A DNA stretch of 23,939 nucleotides from Kofleriaceae bacterium (lineage in GTDB: Bacteria; Myxococcota_A; Polyangia; Haliangiales; Haliangiaceae), in assembly GCA_046597055.1 (NCBI GenBank), contig JBKJLC010000213.1, positions 1 to 23,939 on the forward strand, given 5' to 3'. The position numbers were made by a program, and so were the translations under genes. Positions within the stretch are counted from its first letter, which is position 1; each line of letters opens with the position of its first letter. Shown here one piece after another: positions 20,259-23,939 of the stretch. The notes beneath the pieces were generated by a model. That model had not been told where the DNA came from, searched no databases, and saw only the letters and a list, made by a program, of their open reading frames with translations.

Positions 20259-20933
20259 ATGCTGCACCGACTTCCCGCCATCCTCTCGTTCGCCTTCCTG
20301 GTTCCACTCGCGGCCTGTCCCGACGAGCCGGAGCCGACCTCGGTCGAGCTCGTCGCGATCGACTGCGGGCGCGCCGCCTGCGAGAGCCGCGCGCCGGTCG
20401 CGATGGGCGCCACCATGACCGTGCAGCCGGCCGAGCTGGGCATCGTGACCAGCATCGTTGCGCGCAACCCCGCGGTCGCCGCGATCGCGCTCGAGCCGGG
20501 CACGACCGACGAGACCTGGATCGTCACCGGCCTGCGCGGCGGCACGACCGAGCTCGAGCTACGGGATGCCCGCGGTCGGGTCGTCGGCACCTACCCGATG
20601 GCGGTGGCCGCCCTCGACCACTTCGAGGGTACGACCAAGTGGTTCCTCGGCGGCCGCACGTTCGCGGGCGAGCACCTCCGCTCCGACGAGCCTCACTACT
20701 TCGGGCAGCCCGGGAAGCTGCGGGTCATCGTCGACCCGTATGCCGGCGCCACCGCGCTCCGCGGCGCCCTCACGTACCAGATCGAGCTGTCGCTGCCGGC
20801 CGCCTCGGTCGCGCTCGAGAACGACCCGTCCGGCAACGTCTTCCTCGAGCTGGCGCGGGGCGAGAACCTGGTGACGTTCCGCGCCGGCGGCCACGTCGAG
20901 ACGTTCCAGTTCGTGGTGCTGACCGGCGACTGA
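20259..20933 (+). CDS. Lipoprotein with Ig-like beta-sandwich domains
   Basis: MLHRLPAILSFAFLVPLAA-C lipobox; ARNPAVAAI...IVTGLRGGTTELELRD resembles Big_2/pilus-formation N-terminal Ig-like domains. Confidence 0.75.
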   Translation: MLHRLPAILSFAFLVPLAACPDEPEPTSVELVAIDCGRAACESRAPVAMGATMTVQPAELGIVTSIVARNPAVAAIALEPGTTDETWIVTGLRGGTTELELRDARGRVVGTYPMAVAALDHFEGTTKWFLGGRTFAGEHLRSDEPHYFGQPGKLRVIVDPYAGATALRGALTYQIELSLPAASVALENDPSGNVFLELARGENLVTFRAGGHVETFQFVVLTGD

Positions 20934-21041
20934 GGTCGCGGCCCGGCGGGTCGCAGCGCTGGTGGGCGCCGCCGGGACGATTGCCGTGGGTTGCCTCGGC
21001 GGTGCGTTGTCGGGTGGCGCGGCTTCATCAAGATGGTTGTC

Positions 21042-23939
21042 ATGCACGCACGAGGGGTCTCGCGTCTTTCAATTCCGTCGCGGCGCCGGTGGGCGAGCGC
21101 CGTCGTCATGCGGCTCGCGATCGCGGCCGGCATGGCCTGCAATGCCGAGGAGGACCGCGCTGCGGAGGCCAGCGAGCTGCAGGCCAACGGCACGCGGGTG
21201 GTCCGCCTGGCGCTCGCCGCCGACTCGAGCCTGCGGCAGTTTCTGCCCAACACCAACCACGGTGGCGACGTGCGGCTGCACGTCGGGCGCAACGGCCTCA
21301 ACTGGGATCGCAGCGTCCTCGCCGTCGACGCGGTCGCCCTGCAGGGCGCGATCGGCACGATGCATCTGGTGGCCGCCGAGCTCGAGCTCGACATCGAGGC
21401 GCAGAGCTCGACGTGGACGGTCGGCGGCAAGCTCGCCGCGCACCGCCTGACGGTGCCGTTCAAGGAGCGCAACGTCACCTGGAACTGCGCGGAGGACACC
21501 AGCCCGGCCAACTTCAGCCTCGAGTGCGCCACCGGCAACCGCTGGATGCTCGGCGCGAGCGGGGCCCATCCCTACGACGAGGCCCCGACCGCGGTCACCG
21601 CGCTGAGGTCGGGCGCCTCCGGCACCGTGCTCCTCGACGTCACCGCCGACGTCCAGCGTTTCCTGACCACGCCGGCCGACAACCGCGGCTGGCTGCTCAA
21701 GCTGGTGGACGACCCGGCCACCGACTGGGTGAACTTCTACGCGCGCACGGGCAGCCGCCCGCCCGCGCTGGTGCTGACCCTGGTCGGCGACTGCGACACC
21801 GCCCTGGGCACCTGCGGGCCGGTGGTGCGCTGGGAGGGCCCCGGTGGCGCCGAGTTGCCGGAGCTCGCCGACCCGATCGCCGGGCCCGACAGCTTCCGCA
21901 TGGCCGATACCTTCGACTGGACCGCCACCCGCGCGCTGCCGGTGACCACACCCGAGGGCTTTCCGACGATCTTCTACGCGCTCTTCTACCTCGAGGCCCG
22001 CGACCAGGCCGACTTCCTCGACCAGTACCAGGTGCACTGGGACGCCCTGCCGCTGTTCGCCGCGGAGCGCACGCTGTGGGCCGGCCAGCGCGGCTTGATC
22101 CCGCTGCAGGGCGACGGCAACGGCATCTTCGTGTTCGGGCTGGTGCCGGGGGCGGTCTACAACGCCATGCGCGCGTCCGCGCTCGGGGGGGAGGTGCCCT
22201 TCACGGCGGTGATCCTCCGGCCGTTCCCGGCGGGCGTGGCGATCTACGCCGACGGCTCCATCCGCTACGACGTCCTGCGCGCCGAGGGCTTCGACTGGCG
22301 CGACGGCGCGCCACCGCCACCGGCGCTGGCGGCCGCGATCAGCGCGGGGGCGGACGGCCAGAATCGCCGCATCGGACGGTTCTTCCGCAAGGCGATCAAG
22401 ACAGTGACCGACGCCGGGCGCGCCGCGGTCGATGGCGTTCGGCGGGGCGTCGGCGAGCTCAGCCAGCTCGTACGCGGCGACGCGGCGCTCAACCTGTCAC
22501 TCCTGCCGACCAATACCGATCCTTCCTTCAAGGAGGACGTGCAGCGCCGCGGCTGGGGCAAAGGCCGCGGCACCGCGCTCGCGCTCGAGGGCGTGCCGGT
22601 GCGGATCAACCAGGGCACCCTCGGCTTCAAGCTCCACAAGGGCCGGACCAACGCCGCCGGCTTCGCGCGGATCATCGTCGCCAAGAACCAGTCGACCGAC
22701 GTCTGCTTCGACCTCGAGAACGACGCGGCGATCGTGACCTCGTTCATCTTCCCGCGGCGGATCTGCGACTTCAGCGGCAGCACCTTCGCCCGCAGTGACG
22801 TGAAGAGCTCGGTGGCGCGCACGGTCCTGGTCAAGGAGCCCGACGTCGCGTCGTTCAGCGTGGTCACCGATGGCAACCGCTACGCCCGGCAGGTCATGGG
22901 TCGGCAGCTCCACAAGGCCCGGCTGCTCTCGGGCAAGCTGGCGTCGCTGGTCACGGGACTGTCGAAGCGGGGCGGCGGCGCCGGCGCGATCGCCCCGTGC
23001 CTCGGGCTGTCCGGGGATGCCTTCGAGGAGCTGGCCGCCGAGCTGGCTGCGGCCTCGGGCGCCGCGATCGGCGCCGGTGCGCTCCTCGACCTGGTCACCG
23101 GCATGCCGGGCCTGGGCTCGCTGGCCGGCGGCGTCGGCACCCTCGGCGGGGCCAGCCTGCTGTTCACCGCGTCGGTGATCGGCCCCGACATCATCCTCGA
23201 CAAGGTGCCCAAGCGAAGCCGGGGCGTGCCCGCCCACGAGTACGGGCACTTCGCGATGTGCAGCCTGATGAAGTCGGCGAGCGCGTCGCAGATGAGCGCG
23301 GCGTACATGCAGGTGATCATCGATCGGGTCACCAACACCGAGGATCCCCACGCGCAGGCCGGCTACGTCGCCGAGGCCTGGGCCGAGCTCTTCGCGTCGC
23401 AGGTCGTCGGCGGCGTGAACTACTTCCACCCGGTCAAGTCGCGCTTCGATCGGCCGTCCACCACCTGCACGCGGGACCCGTTCGAGGACGGCTGCAGCGT
23501 CATGTCGTACTGTCCGGCGGGCGAGACCGGGTGCATGGATAACAACCTCGGCGGCTCGCCGCTCGGGAGCTTTCCGCCCGCCGCCGATCCCGACGGGGTC
23601 CTGACCGACAGCGTGACCCGCCAGATCGCGCGGGTCGCGACCACGCTCCACGACATGGTCGACGGCGGCGCCACCGTGGCCACCGCCGACGTGCCCGGTA
23701 ACGCCACCGCGTGGATCAACGGCGGCTGGGCCAAGGGCACCAGCTGGACGTTCGCCAGGATCGACGCGGACGCGACCCGCACCGCCATAAAAACGCCTGA
23801 AGCACCGTTGCACGTCCTGATCCCTCGCCGCGAAGGCATCACCTACGGCGTCGCCCATCACTCCGACAAATTCTACATCCGCATCAACGACACCGGTCGC
23901 GATTTCCGAGTGGTGACAGCCTCCGTCGCCGACCCAACT
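21042..23939 (+). CDS. Large putative lipoprotein: DNRLRE/CBM96-like domain + unknown region + HEXXH gluzincin-like metallopeptidase (3'-truncated; absent from the ORF track)
   Basis: Manual translation of frame +3 is open from ATG 21033/21042 to the window end, with strong GC3 bias. LAIAAGMA-C lipobox-like; ADSSLRQ..PNTNHG...VTWNC...DVTADVQ...NRGWLLK...PPALVL; HEYGH at 23235-23249; EAWAE at 23373. Confidence 0.85.
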   Translation, partial: MHARGVSRLSIPSRRRWASAVVMRLAIAAGMACNAEEDRAAEASELQANGTRVVRLALAADSSLRQFLPNTNHGGDVRLHVGRNGLNWDRSVLAVDAVALQGAIGTMHLVAAELELDIEAQSSTWTVGGKLAAHRLTVPFKERNVTWNCAEDTSPANFSLECATGNRWMLGASGAHPYDEAPTAVTALRSGASGTVLLDVTADVQRFLTTPADNRGWLLKLVDDPATDWVNFYARTGSRPPALVLTLVGDCDTALGTCGPVVRWEGPGGAELPELADPIAGPDSFRMADTFDWTATRALPVTTPEGFPTIFYALFYLEARDQADFLDQYQVHWDALPLFAAERTLWAGQRGLIPLQGDGNGIFVFGLVPGAVYNAMRASALGGEVPFTAVILRPFPAGVAIYADGSIRYDVLRAEGFDWRDGAPPPPALAAAISAGADGQNRRIGRFFRKAIKTVTDAGRAAVDGVRRGVGELSQLVRGDAALNLSLLPTNTDPSFKEDVQRRGWGKGRGTALALEGVPVRINQGTLGFKLHKGRTNAAGFARIIVAKNQSTDVCFDLENDAAIVTSFIFPRRICDFSGSTFARSDVKSSVARTVLVKEPDVASFSVVTDGNRYARQVMGRQLHKARLLSGKLASLVTGLSKRGGGAGAIAPCLGLSGDAFEELAAELAAASGAAIGAGALLDLVTGMPGLGSLAGGVGTLGGASLLFTASVIGPDIILDKVPKRSRGVPAHEYGHFAMCSLMKSASASQMSAAYMQVIIDRVTNTEDPHAQAGYVAEAWAELFASQVVGGVNYFHPVKSRFDRPSTTCTRDPFEDGCSVMSYCPAGETGCMDNNLGGSPLGSFPPAADPDGVLTDSVTRQIARVATTLHDMVDGGATVATADVPGNATAWINGGWAKGTSWTFARIDADATRTAIKTPEAPLHVLIPRREGITYGVAHHSDKFYIRINDTGRDFRVVTASVADPT
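23787..23939 (+). other. Oligopeptidase B (S9A)-like beta-propeller fragment joined in frame; probable chimeric junction
   Basis: IKTPEAPLHVLIPRREGITYGVAHHSDKFYIRINDTGRDFRVVTASVADPT resembles the PtrB propeller pattern PRR...Y...H....FYI..N..G.NF. Codon usage shifts abruptly (ATA, AAA, CCT, GAA, GCA). Confidence 0.65.

Overview
Very GC-rich bacterial DNA. The gene content (many Cys-rich lipoproteins, a TPR/PEGA-type protein, a DUF4157 protein, sigma54 promoters) points to a myxobacterium, probably Haliangiales/Kofleriaceae-like; this is inference. Housekeeping or metabolic genes: the end of an acyl-CoA carboxylase carboxyltransferase, a tandem-domain biotin carrier and dihydroorotase (all ATGA-coupled); a COG0523/CobW GTPase divergent from rsgA; NAD-dependent ligA; a SAM methyltransferase. 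Between them lie accessory secreted or surface genes: a 7-blade RCC1 lipoprotein with a possible LecA-like tail, a metzincin-like lipoprotein lacking its zinc ligands, a DUF4157 (eCIS-associated) protein next to a small overlapping ORF pair, a TPR/PEGA plus propeller-lipoprotein pair, an alpha/beta-hydrolase lipoprotein with an upstream palindromic operator, and an Ig-like lipoprotein. A ~966-codon ORF missing from the supplied track (21042 to the window end) encodes DNRLRE domain + hydrophobic hairpin + HEXXH gluzincin motif. Its last ~150 nt switch abruptly into oligopeptidase B-like sequence, probably a chimeric junction. No rRNA, tRNA, CRISPR array or transposase was recognised. Family assignments come from motif recognition, not database searches.
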